This document shows positions 35,666-45,374 of a stretch of 64,000 bases of DNA, piece by piece (the first letter of the stretch is position 1; the number at the start of each line of letters is the position of its first letter). A model generated the notes under the pieces. The model searched no databases and was not told where the DNA came from. It saw only the letters and a list, made by a program, of their open reading frames with translations. The translations under genes were made by a program, and so were the position numbers. This DNA comes from a virus, in the IMG/VR virus record IMGVR_UViG_3300043409_002042, positions 26,574 through 90,573 of that record. One strand, 5' to 3'.

Positions 35666-35672
35666 TCGCACC

Positions 35673-36836
35673 ATGGGACTCTTCCTCGATCTACTGCATG
35701 TGCCCGTTGGCGTGACCAATGATGCCATTGAGGGCATATACAAGGCCCTGTCCGATGGCCACAACCACGGCGATGATGGCGCAATCTGGCAACCACACCA
35801 ATCCGTTTTGATCCGTCGCTTGGTCGAACTGTTCACCCAGCGCGGGCTTGATCGCTTGGCCGCCGTGAAGCAGGCCTTGACCGACTGGCAAACAGGAAAG
35901 AACCACACCCCATCCACCACCCCGGTGGTCGTGCCGCCCGGCGCGGTGCAGCGCTGGAATGCCGACGAGCTGGCCCTTGCCGGGGTTTACCTTGAGAGCC
36001 TGCCGCCTGCGCAGTGGACGTTGGACGACCACATGATGGCCGTTGACCTGGTCATGCACACGCTCATGTCGCCCGATGACCTGATCGCCGAGGCCGAGTG
36101 GTTGGCTGTGCGCGCTGGCATGATGGGCAAGGTGCAGGCCAACATGGCCGCCGAGCCCAGCGTCAAGCAGGCCGACGCCATCCTTGCCGCGCTGCCGTCA
36201 AGCGTTGCTGGCGCGGTTCAGCAGTTTCGCCTGCCGCCCAAGCAGGCGGCTGTGCTCAGTTTCGCGTCGGCACGCGCCGCCGAGCACGTCACCTCGTTGG
36301 CTGATGGCGCACGCCACAAGATGCGGGCGATGATCGCCGAGGACTTGGAGCAGCGCGCCCTGGGTGTGCCTCCTACGGGCTCCAGCAGCCTGCAGACCAA
36401 GATGCTGGACGCCTTTGGTACCCTGAATCGGGATTGGCGTCGCATCGCCGTCACCGAGGCTGGCGAGGCCCAGCTCCAGGGGCTGGTGGCCAGCATGAAG
36501 CCCGGAGCCAAGTTGAAGCGGGTGGAGCAGTACAAGGGCGCGTGCGCTTTTTGTCGAAAGATCGACGGCCTGGTGGTCACCGTGGTGGCTGCCGATGCGC
36601 CGAAAAAGAACCCCGACACCGAGATTTGGCCTGGCAAGAACAACATTGGCCGCTCAGCGTCGCCACGTAAGCGAGTTGGCGACGTTCTGGTTGAGCGCGA
36701 GCCGCACGAGATGTGGCAGGTGCCAGCGGGTTTGGTTCACCCGCACTGCCGCGGCCGGTGGCTGCACGTGGATGATGGCGCGCAGGCGGGGGATGATCCA
36801 GAGTTTGCGGCTTGGCTGGGGGCGACGTTGTCGTGA
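35673..36836 (+). CDS. MuF/SPP1 gp7-like head morphogenesis protein
   Basis: NRDWRRIAVTE, ACAFC, HPHCRG. Confidence 0.85.
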   Translation: MGLFLDLLHVPVGVTNDAIEGIYKALSDGHNHGDDGAIWQPHQSVLIRRLVELFTQRGLDRLAAVKQALTDWQTGKNHTPSTTPVVVPPGAVQRWNADELALAGVYLESLPPAQWTLDDHMMAVDLVMHTLMSPDDLIAEAEWLAVRAGMMGKVQANMAAEPSVKQADAILAALPSSVAGAVQQFRLPPKQAAVLSFASARAAEHVTSLADGARHKMRAMIAEDLEQRALGVPPTGSSSLQTKMLDAFGTLNRDWRRIAVTEAGEAQLQGLVASMKPGAKLKRVEQYKGACAFCRKIDGLVVTVVAADAPKKNPDTEIWPGKNNIGRSASPRKRVGDVLVEREPHEMWQVPAGLVHPHCRGRWLHVDDGAQAGDDPEFAAWLGATLS

Positions 36837-36845
36837 CCGCAAAAT
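36830..36845 (+). promoter_or_regulatory. late-promoter motif copy (GTCGTGA-CCG-CAAAAT), 6 nt before ATG 36852
   Basis: Matches the motif; its TGA is also the MuF stop codon. Confidence 0.72.
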
Positions 36846-36851
36846 GAGGCG

Positions 36852-39800
36852 ATGCCGCCACGCCTCCTGATTTTGCCGTCCATGCTGCTCAAGGCAGCGT
36901 CGTCCATTCCGCCTGGTTCTCGCTGGATCACGGTGCACCCCAATCCTGGAGCCAAGGGTCAAGCCGTCCTCATCCAGCCTCAGCCTGATGGTAGCCATCG
37001 CGTGATTGGCGGCGCCGGAGGGATCTTAAACTACCTCAAGCTGCGCGGCGTAAAGTCGGTGGACCACTACAAGGAAGAGGCGGGCAAAAAGGCCGAGGAG
37101 CGCACTGCCGCGCGCAAGGCCCAGCAAGAGGCTGACAAGGCATCCGGCGTGCACGGTGCCAAGCAGGAAGCCCGCAAGGACATCAAGGCGCAAAAGCAGG
37201 CTGCCGAGCGCGAGCTGATTGAGGCCGTGGCAAAGAAGGCGGGCTGGAAACCCGAGGAGCTGGAGTTCCCAGAGGCCGACTACCAGCACCTGTCTCTGGC
37301 CGCTCAGGAAAAGGTGCGCGACAAGTTCCACCGCGACCTGCTGGGCAAGGCCAAAGATGCGATCACGCAGTCGCGCCAGCGCCTGGTGCAGGACGCTTCG
37401 GCTCGCGCCGATGCCAAGATCGGCGAGTTGCCGCTGTTTTCCGATGATCCCGATGCTGTGTCCGTGCAGGACCTGGACCCGGTCAAGCCGCCGAGCTCGG
37501 GGCTGGGCTTTAATCCCGACTACAAGGGTCGCGCTGAGGCCGCGGGTGCATCGACGGATGCCGTCAAGGCCGAGGCACAGGCCCTGAAAACGCCTGAGCA
37601 GCAGTTGGCGGCGTTTAAGGCTTCGCCCGCCGATGCCATCAAGGCAGAGCTGGAGGGTATCCAGATTCCGGCTGCGCCGAGCGCGGATGTGAGTCTGATG
37701 TCGGCTGAGGATGCGTTGGAGCTGGTCAAACTCGGAAAGAAGCTGAAACAGATTGAGCAGGCGGCGCGCGAGGCGAATGCCGACGTTGATCGGTCGCCTG
37801 TCGAGCCCAAGGCTTACGTGATTGCCGCCAGCGACGATGTCAGCGAGTCCGTGAAGGAGGACTTGGTCAACGACCTGCGCACAGCCCAGACCGCCGCCTT
37901 TTTGTCCGAGGTGGGCAAGATCGCCGGTGGACGCCCGGATGAAACCCTTGGTGGGCACATGGGGGTCGGTGCCTACAACTCAATCAACAGCTTGGCCCTG
38001 GCCGTTGGTGGCGACGCCCTGGTTGATCGCTCGGTGGTGGACGTGCTGGGCATCGCCGGAGCCGCCCAGGTGCTGGCCCGTCGGTTGAAGTCTGACCTGG
38101 AGCCGGACGACTTCGATCATGTGGCGGAAGGTGCCAAGGACTGGCACATGCAGCACTACATGGCGACCAGTACGGAGGCCCTCAAGAAAGCCCGCGACCT
38201 CACCGATGCCGCGAAGGCTATTGAGGTGTCAGATGAGGCCGCCAATGGCGCAGACCTGGCCGTGGCCCAGGAGTTGAACGCTCGCCGCCGTGCAGCGGTC
38301 GGTGACGCCCAGCGCATCCTTGGTACCGCGCTGGGTGAAATGGAGGCCAACGCTGCCCTTGTGGCCTCGCTGCAGGGTCCCGGCGATGGCGACTTTCAGG
38401 TGTCGCTGGGCAAGACCAGCCCGGAGCAGGCGATCACTCAGGTGCGCGCGATCGGGCTGCAGCCTGGCGACTACAACCTGGAGAGCGTCGGCGGCGACAC
38501 GTTTTTGACGATCACCGGTGCGGGAATGTCCCGACTGGCTAAGCCTGTGGCGGGCGGCGACGTGAGGCAGGTCAGTCGAAATCTGGCGATCATCCGCGGC
38601 GACCACGACGAGGATGGGTGGATGCCCATGGGCGTGGCAAACCGCCCCGACATGGTGATGAACGCGCCACCTGGTGTGGCCGATCGCTTGGCACAGCCGT
38701 TTCAGCCCGGGCAGGACCTGCAGTCCAGCTTGCTGGCCTACATCGGTGCGCGCGCGGCCGATGGTGACAGCCCCGGCGATATCCTTGCCGATGTGCAGTC
38801 GGCTGATTTTTTCCAGAAGGTGGGCTTTGACCGGACCGACGAGTACCGCGCTGCGCTGGATGCCGTGGCCCCGCTCAAGGGTGCGGACGGCAAACAGCAG
38901 GGAGCCGAGGCGCTGGAGTCGATGTTTGAGAAGTACGCCGACGACCACGTCGCCAGCCTGGGCGGCGACCGCACGACGCTGAACCGCCAGCAGGTAAAGA
39001 TTGACCAACACTCGGTGGATGCCCTTCACCGCGCGCTGGCCGAAACCCCCGAGGGCACGGCCGCATACAAGCAGATCGGCGAGTTGACCGGGAAGGACCA
39101 GGCGGCGCTGCGCGAGCACTTTTACCGAAACATCGCCAAGGAAAGCCCCGAGGCTGGGCAACTGCGCGCGGATCTGGAAAAGCACGAGGCCAACGAGCCG
39201 GAGCGCGAAACGACCGACATGTTCGGCGACACCGTGCCAAACCCAGATTGGAACGACTGGCAGTCGCACCGAAGCAGCCTGGCCGAGAAGCTCAACGCCA
39301 GCAGCCTGACCTGGTCAAAGTACCTCAAGGTCATGGGCGGCAACGAGCGGGCCTACGAGAGCGTGCAGGACGTGATCCGCTCCAGGATGGCGGCCACGTT
39401 TGCCGATGCCCACAACAAGCTGAACCCCGACAACCCGATCAAGTTGGGCAAGCGCACGCTGCGCAACCACTTGAACCACCTAGACGCCGTGGACCCGGCG
39501 GCGCGCGACGAGCGGCTCAAGAAGGACCGGGCGCTGATCGACAGCCTGCGCACCCGTGTGGGGGGCAAGTATTCCGGTGGCAGCGTGGCCGACAAGATTG
39601 AGGAGGCCAAGCAGCAGCAGGCCGCGTTTGAGCAGGCCCAGATGGGCTTTTTCAGCGGCGACCAGCAGGACGATATGTTTGGAGGAGGTGGGGCGGACGA
39701 GAAAGCCCCCGCCCCTGCCCCACTGGGCAGCGATGAGCGGCACACCCTGGGGCACGTGGTGGAGCGCCAGATCGCAGGGATGATGGGCGTGGTGGGGCAG

Positions 39801-41411
39801 AACTTCAAACCAGGCCAGCCCACCAAGCTGTGGGGCGTCAGCATGTCGGGAAAGTACGCTGCCCAGCAGCGCGCGATCAAGCTGATGGATGCCAACAAGC
39901 GGGTGGTGCTGGCGGCTGGGGCGGGCAGTGGCAAGACAAACATGATGCTTGGTGCCCACGCCCACCTGGCAAGCCAGGGCAATATCAAGCGGTCGATCAT
40001 GCTCGTGCCGTCGATTGTGCAGGGCCAGTTCTCGGGTGAGGCGCTGCGCTTGCTCGAGCCCGGGAAGTTCAAGACCCATATTCAGCCTGGCGCGTCGCAG
40101 GCCGAGCGGATCGCGGCGTACAAAGACCCGTCAAACCACATCTGCGTGATGACGCACCAGAGCTTTCGGGATGACATGGTGCACCTGGGGGCCAAGCACA
40201 CCGGTATTGATGAGGCGGCCATGGTGGACAGGTTGCAGGCCATGACACCCGTGGAGCGCAAGGCCTGGGCCGCTGAAACAATGGGGCGCGAGGGGATCAA
40301 TTTCGACGCCTCTTTTGTGGATGAGGCGCACGACACCCTGAACCGTGCCGGCAAGGAAAACAGCAGCATGGCGAACGTGATTGAGGCCGTGGGGCACCAC
40401 ACGCCGTACCACGCCTATTCCAGCGGTGACCCGGTGAAGAACGATCCCAGCGAGATTCACTCAATGCTCCAGAAGATGGACCTTGATCGGTATGGTAACC
40501 GCGCTGCGTTCATGCGTCGCTACGGTGCTGACACCGTGGGCAGCAAGCAGGCGCTGCAGCGGGAAATGGCACGGTACATGTTCCCGACGGCCATCACGCC
40601 GGACATTCAGCGCAGCCGGACGACGGCCACCGTCAAGCTGTCGGCTGGGCAGCAGCAGGCGATGGCGGAGCTGGACAAGAACCTGTCAAGCGCGCGGCTG
40701 GCCCAGCGCCGGGGCAAGGTGGACGTTGCTGCGGTGCGCGCGATTTCGCCCGGATCGTTTGAGGGGGTGCCGGAGTCCGAGCACGAGGCTGTGGCGGCCA
40801 ATCTGCAGAAGGCTGTGGGCATGCTCAAGTCGTCGGCGCTGAACCGGATCATCAACACGCACCCGGACAACGCGAAGGTGGCCGATGCCGTTGAGAAGGT
40901 GAAGGCCCGCCCCGGCAAGCAGGGCGTGATCTTTGCGCGCAACCGTGAGGCCGTGGAGCTGTACCGCAAGGCCATGGAAAAAGAGGGCAAGCGGGTGGTG
41001 ACCATCACGGGCTCGGACAGCGCGGCTGAGAAAGACCGCAAGCGCCGGATGTTCAACCCTGAGCAGGGCGAGGCGCAGGCTGACATTCTGGTGGCGTCGG
41101 ACGCTGGTGCCGTGGGCATGAACCTGCAGTCTGGGGCGTACCTGATCCAGCACGACGTTCCGGCCACGGCCAAGACCCACAGCCAGCGAAACGCCCGGAT
41201 CGACCGCCTGGGGCAGAAGCAGTCGATTGAGTTGATCGACATGCAGGCCGACCACCCCGAGGAGCGGCGCTCGCGCGAGCGCCTGGAGCGCAAGTACGGA
41301 CTCAAGGACATGATGGCGTCGCCGCTGGATGGACTGGACGACACCGGTGTGGCTGGGGCAATTGCCGCCCGCCGGGCAGCTGCTGCGCAGCCGCAGATGG
41401 GTATGTTTTAA
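36852..41411 (+). CDS. large virion-associated SNF2/SF2 helicase-domain protein (DarB-like position)
   Basis: GAGSGKT, VDEAH, SGDPVKN, SDAGAVGMNLQ, QRNARIDRLGQ in the C-terminal third; RWITV N-terminus. Confidence 0.8.
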   Translation: MPPRLLILPSMLLKAASSIPPGSRWITVHPNPGAKGQAVLIQPQPDGSHRVIGGAGGILNYLKLRGVKSVDHYKEEAGKKAEERTAARKAQQEADKASGVHGAKQEARKDIKAQKQAAERELIEAVAKKAGWKPEELEFPEADYQHLSLAAQEKVRDKFHRDLLGKAKDAITQSRQRLVQDASARADAKIGELPLFSDDPDAVSVQDLDPVKPPSSGLGFNPDYKGRAEAAGASTDAVKAEAQALKTPEQQLAAFKASPADAIKAELEGIQIPAAPSADVSLMSAEDALELVKLGKKLKQIEQAAREANADVDRSPVEPKAYVIAASDDVSESVKEDLVNDLRTAQTAAFLSEVGKIAGGRPDETLGGHMGVGAYNSINSLALAVGGDALVDRSVVDVLGIAGAAQVLARRLKSDLEPDDFDHVAEGAKDWHMQHYMATSTEALKKARDLTDAAKAIEVSDEAANGADLAVAQELNARRRAAVGDAQRILGTALGEMEANAALVASLQGPGDGDFQVSLGKTSPEQAITQVRAIGLQPGDYNLESVGGDTFLTITGAGMSRLAKPVAGGDVRQVSRNLAIIRGDHDEDGWMPMGVANRPDMVMNAPPGVADRLAQPFQPGQDLQSSLLAYIGARAADGDSPGDILADVQSADFFQKVGFDRTDEYRAALDAVAPLKGADGKQQGAEALESMFEKYADDHVASLGGDRTTLNRQQVKIDQHSVDALHRALAETPEGTAAYKQIGELTGKDQAALREHFYRNIAKESPEAGQLRADLEKHEANEPERETTDMFGDTVPNPDWNDWQSHRSSLAEKLNASSLTWSKYLKVMGGNERAYESVQDVIRSRMAATFADAHNKLNPDNPIKLGKRTLRNHLNHLDAVDPAARDERLKKDRALIDSLRTRVGGKYSGGSVADKIEEAKQQQAAFEQAQMGFFSGDQQDDMFGGGGADEKAPAPAPLGSDERHTLGHVVERQIAGMMGVVGQNFKPGQPTKLWGVSMSGKYAAQQRAIKLMDANKRVVLAAGAGSGKTNMMLGAHAHLASQGNIKRSIMLVPSIVQGQFSGEALRLLEPGKFKTHIQPGASQAERIAAYKDPSNHICVMTHQSFRDDMVHLGAKHTGIDEAAMVDRLQAMTPVERKAWAAETMGREGINFDASFVDEAHDTLNRAGKENSSMANVIEAVGHHTPYHAYSSGDPVKNDPSEIHSMLQKMDLDRYGNRAAFMRRYGADTVGSKQALQREMARYMFPTAITPDIQRSRTTATVKLSAGQQQAMAELDKNLSSARLAQRRGKVDVAAVRAISPGSFEGVPESEHEAVAANLQKAVGMLKSSALNRIINTHPDNAKVADAVEKVKARPGKQGVIFARNREAVELYRKAMEKEGKRVVTITGSDSAAEKDRKRRMFNPEQGEAQADILVASDAGAVGMNLQSGAYLIQHDVPATAKTHSQRNARIDRLGQKQSIELIDMQADHPEERRSRERLERKYGLKDMMASPLDGLDDTGVAGAIAARRAAAAQPQMGMF

Positions 41412-41421
41412 TAGGTAGATC

Positions 41422-41679
41422 ATGAGAAAACACCTATCCAACACCCGCGACAATCTTGGCGAGCTGGCTGTCTTGGCTGCTCAAAGCGAGGCCAGCGAGC
41501 GGCGCATTTTGCAGGCCGCGCAGCATCGTGTTGGCGTGGTGCAGGCGCAGATAGACCGTGCGCAGCGTGGTGTGGACTCTGCGTCTGAGCGTGGTCAGGA
41601 TCGGTATCTTGATCTGGTGAAGGAGCGTGCGCATCTGCACTTGATCATTGCGCGTGCTCAGGGGGTTTTGGCGGGGTGA
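41422..41679 (+). CDS. hypothetical protein
   Basis: 85-aa ORF, SD AGGT. Confidence 0.55.
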   Translation: MRKHLSNTRDNLGELAVLAAQSEASERRILQAAQHRVGVVQAQIDRAQRGVDSASERGQDRYLDLVKERAHLHLIIARAQGVLAG

Positions 41680-42245
41680 GAGGTGGACCGACGGGGGCTG
41701 TACGGTTCCGTCATTATTTTGTCAATCGGCCAGCAGCTACGACTGATCCGCTGACTCAAGACGTATGGCGGCATGCCCAACTCTTTGGCCCATGCTGTAA
41801 TTGATTGTGTTTTTCCGTTCCATGTGACCTGATTGATTCTTTTGCAGCCACAAGACGTGGTGTTGCCAAATTTCAGGTCTGTTCCCCTGGCGACGGTGGC
41901 CGCGCCGCAATCGCATCGGCAGAGGAACCTCATTTTTCCGTTTTTTTCTTTGGAGTCGAAGGATTCGATTGTGAGGCTTCCGAACACGTCGCCTATTTTG
42001 ACGCTTTTGGTTGCGCTGGGCACGCCGTCTTGGGCTCCACGGCCCTGTTTGCATCCGCAAGACTTAATGGCCCCGCGCCTGAGCATGGTGCCCCTGGCAA
42101 TGTGAAGTGTTCCGCACGCTTCGCAGATGCATTGCCATCGTGCAGCTTTGCTTGATAGGTTTTTGTCTTCGTCTGGGGTGGTCCTTCGCAACACCAGCAG
42201 CCATCCGAATTTTTGACCGGTTATGTCTTTGAGTCCGTTTTTCAT
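41658..42245 (-). CDS. HNH/AP2-associated Cys-rich protein with no visible nuclease core
   Basis: Two GxxFGxLxV..CxCxCG..SCGC repeats, then NGKTQSITAWAKELG. Confidence 0.7.
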   Translation of the reverse strand: MKNGLKDITGQKFGWLLVLRRTTPDEDKNLSSKAARWQCICEACGTLHIARGTMLRRGAIKSCGCKQGRGAQDGVPSATKSVKIGDVFGSLTIESFDSKEKNGKMRFLCRCDCGAATVARGTDLKFGNTTSCGCKRINQVTWNGKTQSITAWAKELGMPPYVLSQRISRSCWPIDKIMTEPYSPRRSTSHPAKTP

Positions 42246-42294
42246 GGTGCATCGAAAAATTTATTACGCTTAATTATATGCACATACCGGTCTG

Positions 42295-42310
42295 GTCGTG
42301 ATGAAATAAT
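42295..42310 (+). promoter_or_regulatory. late-promoter motif copy (GTCGTGA-TGA-AATAAT), 7 nt before ATG 42318
   Basis: Matches the motif. Confidence 0.75.
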
Positions 42311-42317
42311 CTTTCGC

Positions 42318-43211
42318 ATGACCGAAGCCGATCTTCTTGCAGGCATTCCTGACTTCTTCAGCATTGAGATGATGCTGAAGGCGACGCCTGCGCAGGAGGG
42401 CGACGGCCGCTTCATTTACCTGGAGGCCAGCAACGAGGGCCGCGACCAGCAGAACGAGATTGTGCTTGCGAAGGCTCTTGAGGAGTCGGCGGGCCACTAC
42501 ATCAAGTTTGGCAATCTCGACATCGACCACAAGTCCATGCCCAGCGTGGCGGCCATGCACGGCATCACAGACCCCGAAATGTGGGAGGTCGGTGTGCCAG
42601 TTGATGTGCGCGTTGATGGCGCCAGCACCTTTGTGAAGGCCAAGCTTTTTAGCGGCGAGACGCCGCTGGCTGATCGGGCCAACATGGTTTGGGATAGCAT
42701 GACCAAGTTGAAGCCTGCAAGGCGCTGGTATCCATCGGTTGGTGGGCGCCCCTTGGCAAAGTCGATCCGGTTGGACCCCAAGACTGGCGACAAGATCGGC
42801 GTTGTGAGCAAGGTCCGCTGGACAAACATTGGTTTGACCCAAGGTCCCGTCAACCAGCACGTGCGCGGCGTGGCCACCATGCCGTTTGGCGTGCTGGCGA
42901 AGTCCTGGATTGCCGGTGAGGGATTCAACCTCACCAAGGCCCTGACAGCGGGCCACACGACGGATGTTGCGCAGATGACGGGTGGTGACGCCATCCGTGT
43001 GCAGTCTTTGGACGGCGTCCCAAGTTCGTATTTTGATTTTCGTGATCGGTTGGCTGGCTCTCTCCGCAAGGGTGGGGTCAAAGACCAGAGCGCGGAGGGC
43101 TTGGTGCAATACAGCGCCGGGCGGTTTCAGTTGTCTCTTGATGAGGCAACTGAGTGGGTGGATCGCTTCTTGGGCGATTTGAAGAGTGGGCTTAAGAAAA
43201 GGAGTTCTTGA
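42318..43211 (+). CDS. prohead protease
   Basis: EASNEGRDQQNE, GNLDIDH, YPSVGG, IGLTQGPVN; position before scaffold and capsid. Confidence 0.8.
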   Translation: MTEADLLAGIPDFFSIEMMLKATPAQEGDGRFIYLEASNEGRDQQNEIVLAKALEESAGHYIKFGNLDIDHKSMPSVAAMHGITDPEMWEVGVPVDVRVDGASTFVKAKLFSGETPLADRANMVWDSMTKLKPARRWYPSVGGRPLAKSIRLDPKTGDKIGVVSKVRWTNIGLTQGPVNQHVRGVATMPFGVLAKSWIAGEGFNLTKALTAGHTTDVAQMTGGDAIRVQSLDGVPSSYFDFRDRLAGSLRKGGVKDQSAEGLVQYSAGRFQLSLDEATEWVDRFLGDLKSGLKKRSS

Positions 43212-43840
43212 TGAGCCAATTTGATGAATTGCTCAAGGCGCTTGATGCTGTTGCCGATGAGCAGAATACTGATGGCACGGACACGTCCAGCGGCGATGAC
43301 ACGGATGAAACTGTTGCTGCTGCCGCCGCCGATTCTGGTGTCGCCGCACCTGGTGCTGCCAAAGTCGATGATGATGCTGGTGGCGATGATGATGATGCCG
43401 CCCCCATGGCGAAGTCGTTTGTGCTGCGCGACGACCAGGGCAACGAGCAGGAGGCGGTTGACGCCACCCAGATTTTGAAGTCCCTGATCGGCCGCCAGGA
43501 TGGCACGGAAGAAGTGCTGGCCAAGGCCATTGGCACGATGACCCAGACCCTCAAGGCCCAGGGCGACCTGATCAAGTCTCTGAGCGCCAAGGTCACGCAG
43601 CTGTCCGATCAAGGCCGTGGGCGCAAGACGGTTCTGAACGTATTCGACAAGCCCGCCACGATGGCGAAGTCGGTCGACGCTCAGTCCGCACCAGCTGCCC
43701 TGTCTGGCGATGAGATCATGGCCAAGTGCCTGGCCGCGCAGAAGTCTGGCGCCCTGACGGGCATGGACGTTGCGCGAGCCGAAGTCGCCCTCAACAACGG
43801 TGTCGCGGTTCCCGCTGACATTGTGAGCCGCATCAAGTAA
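43211..43840 (+). CDS. capsid scaffold protein
   Basis: Acidic, between protease and capsid, many hydrophobic-x-K-S/A sites. Confidence 0.7.
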   Translation: MSQFDELLKALDAVADEQNTDGTDTSSGDDTDETVAAAAADSGVAAPGAAKVDDDAGGDDDDAAPMAKSFVLRDDQGNEQEAVDATQILKSLIGRQDGTEEVLAKAIGTMTQTLKAQGDLIKSLSAKVTQLSDQGRGRKTVLNVFDKPATMAKSVDAQSAPAALSGDEIMAKCLAAQKSGALTGMDVARAEVALNNGVAVPADIVSRIK

Positions 43841-43855
43841 TTTTAAGGAGCCACC

Positions 43856-45310
43856 ATGGATTTTTTGAGCAACCCCAACACCACGGGCGCCGCCACGAGC
43901 GGTGAAATGACCACCGGCGATCTGGCCGAACTGCGCAAGTCGCTCGAGGCCGGTTACGGCAGCGACATGCAGTCCTTGCAGGGCGGTTCCGCTTTGCGCA
44001 TCCAGTCGCTGGACAACGTGCTGCAGGCAACAGTGCAGGACAACCAGCACTTCGCGCTGTTCAACGCGCTTCCCAAGCCCCGCGCCACTGCGGTGCTGGA
44101 TGAATGGACCGAGCAGAAGTCGATCGGCGGCTTCCTGGGCGATTCGTTCAACGACCAGGACGGTGCGGCTGAGGAAACCAACGGCGAATACCAGCGCATG
44201 GTGGGCAAGGTCAAGTACATGACCACCTACCGCAAAATCCCGATTGTGCTGCAGTCGCAGAACAACATCGTGGACGCCACCGCGCTGGAAACCACCAACG
44301 GTGCCAAGCAGCTGCTCTCGAGCATTGAGTTCTCGCTGTTCGAGGGCGACGACCTGGTGCTGCCGAAGTCGTTCCCTGGTATCCGTCGCCAGTTGGAAGA
44401 CCTGGGCTCTGCCGACCACATCATCGACAACGCAGGCGCTCCGCTGGACGGCATCGAAAAGATCGCTCAGGCGGCAGAAACCGTGTTCGGTTACGGCAAC
44501 TTCGGCAAGGCCACGGACATCTACATCCCGCCTTCGATCCAGACCGACCTGAACATGGGCCTCGATCCTGCGTTCCGTGTGGCGCTAGACAACAGCCCCA
44601 ACAGCATCACCCTGGGCACCAACGTGCGGGGCATTCAGACCAGCTACGGCGCGATCGCCACCCGCAACGACGTGTTCATCCGCGACGAGAAGATGAAGGT
44701 GCCGTTTGAGGTCCGTGGCGGCGGCCATGCCGCCCAGGCCGTGAAGAACAACACCTTCAAGCCCGCCAGCGTGACTGCCTCTGCTGGCGCTGCCACTGGC
44801 TCGGCCTTCACCTCGGCGCACGCTGGCACCTATGTGTACTTTGTGGCGGGCATCACCCACACCGGAGAGTCTCAGGTGACGGCTGTCACTGGCGGCGCGG
44901 TCACTGTGGCCGCTGGAAACGGCGTGACACTGACCATCACCGCCAGCGTTGGTGTTGCTGAAACCGGCTACGTGATCTATCGCGGTCGCAAGAACGGCAC
45001 CTCTGCGTTGTCCGATGTGCGTGAAATGGTGCGTGTGCCCAAGGCTGGCGCGACCACTGTGTACGTGGACAAGAACACCGAGATTCCTGGCTCGACCTGC
45101 GCTTATGTGCTGAACCTGTCGGCCAGCGATCACGCGATCGCATGGCGTCAGTTCCTGCCCATGATGAAGATCCCGATGGCGGCTGTGAACAGCCCGATCG
45201 TGCCATGGCTCCAGATGATCTGCGGCTACCTGCGCATCACCAAGCGCAACCAGCATGTGATCATCAAGAACGTCGTGCCCAACGGCGCGAAGTGGAAGCC
45301 GTTTGTCTGA
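43856..45310 (+). CDS. major capsid protein (A511 Cps/SPO1-type)
   Basis: LRKSLEAGYG, GSALRIQSLD, SIEFSLFEGD, YGNFGKATDIY; SD AAGGAG. Confidence 0.88.
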   Translation: MDFLSNPNTTGAATSGEMTTGDLAELRKSLEAGYGSDMQSLQGGSALRIQSLDNVLQATVQDNQHFALFNALPKPRATAVLDEWTEQKSIGGFLGDSFNDQDGAAEETNGEYQRMVGKVKYMTTYRKIPIVLQSQNNIVDATALETTNGAKQLLSSIEFSLFEGDDLVLPKSFPGIRRQLEDLGSADHIIDNAGAPLDGIEKIAQAAETVFGYGNFGKATDIYIPPSIQTDLNMGLDPAFRVALDNSPNSITLGTNVRGIQTSYGAIATRNDVFIRDEKMKVPFEVRGGGHAAQAVKNNTFKPASVTASAGAATGSAFTSAHAGTYVYFVAGITHTGESQVTAVTGGAVTVAAGNGVTLTITASVGVAETGYVIYRGRKNGTSALSDVREMVRVPKAGATTVYVDKNTEIPGSTCAYVLNLSASDHAIAWRQFLPMMKIPMAAVNSPIVPWLQMICGYLRITKRNQHVIIKNVVPNGAKWKPFV

Positions 45311-45327
45311 TCGGTGTTTTGTCGAAT

Positions 45328-45362
45328 AAAATGGGCGGCGGCTTCGGTGGTCGCCCATTTTT
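45328..45362 (+). terminator. intrinsic terminator after the capsid gene
   Basis: AAAATGGGCG...CGCCCATTTTT hairpin with a cTTCGg loop. Confidence 0.7.
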
Positions 45363-45374
45363 CAGGAGATTTTC

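Noticed and set aside
35460-35672. N-terminal extensions given by the ORF track for MuF (also helicase 39, terS 15946, protease 42213)
   Set aside because: They overlap structured RNA or neighbouring genes; the downstream ATGs fit promoter spacing or stop-start coupling
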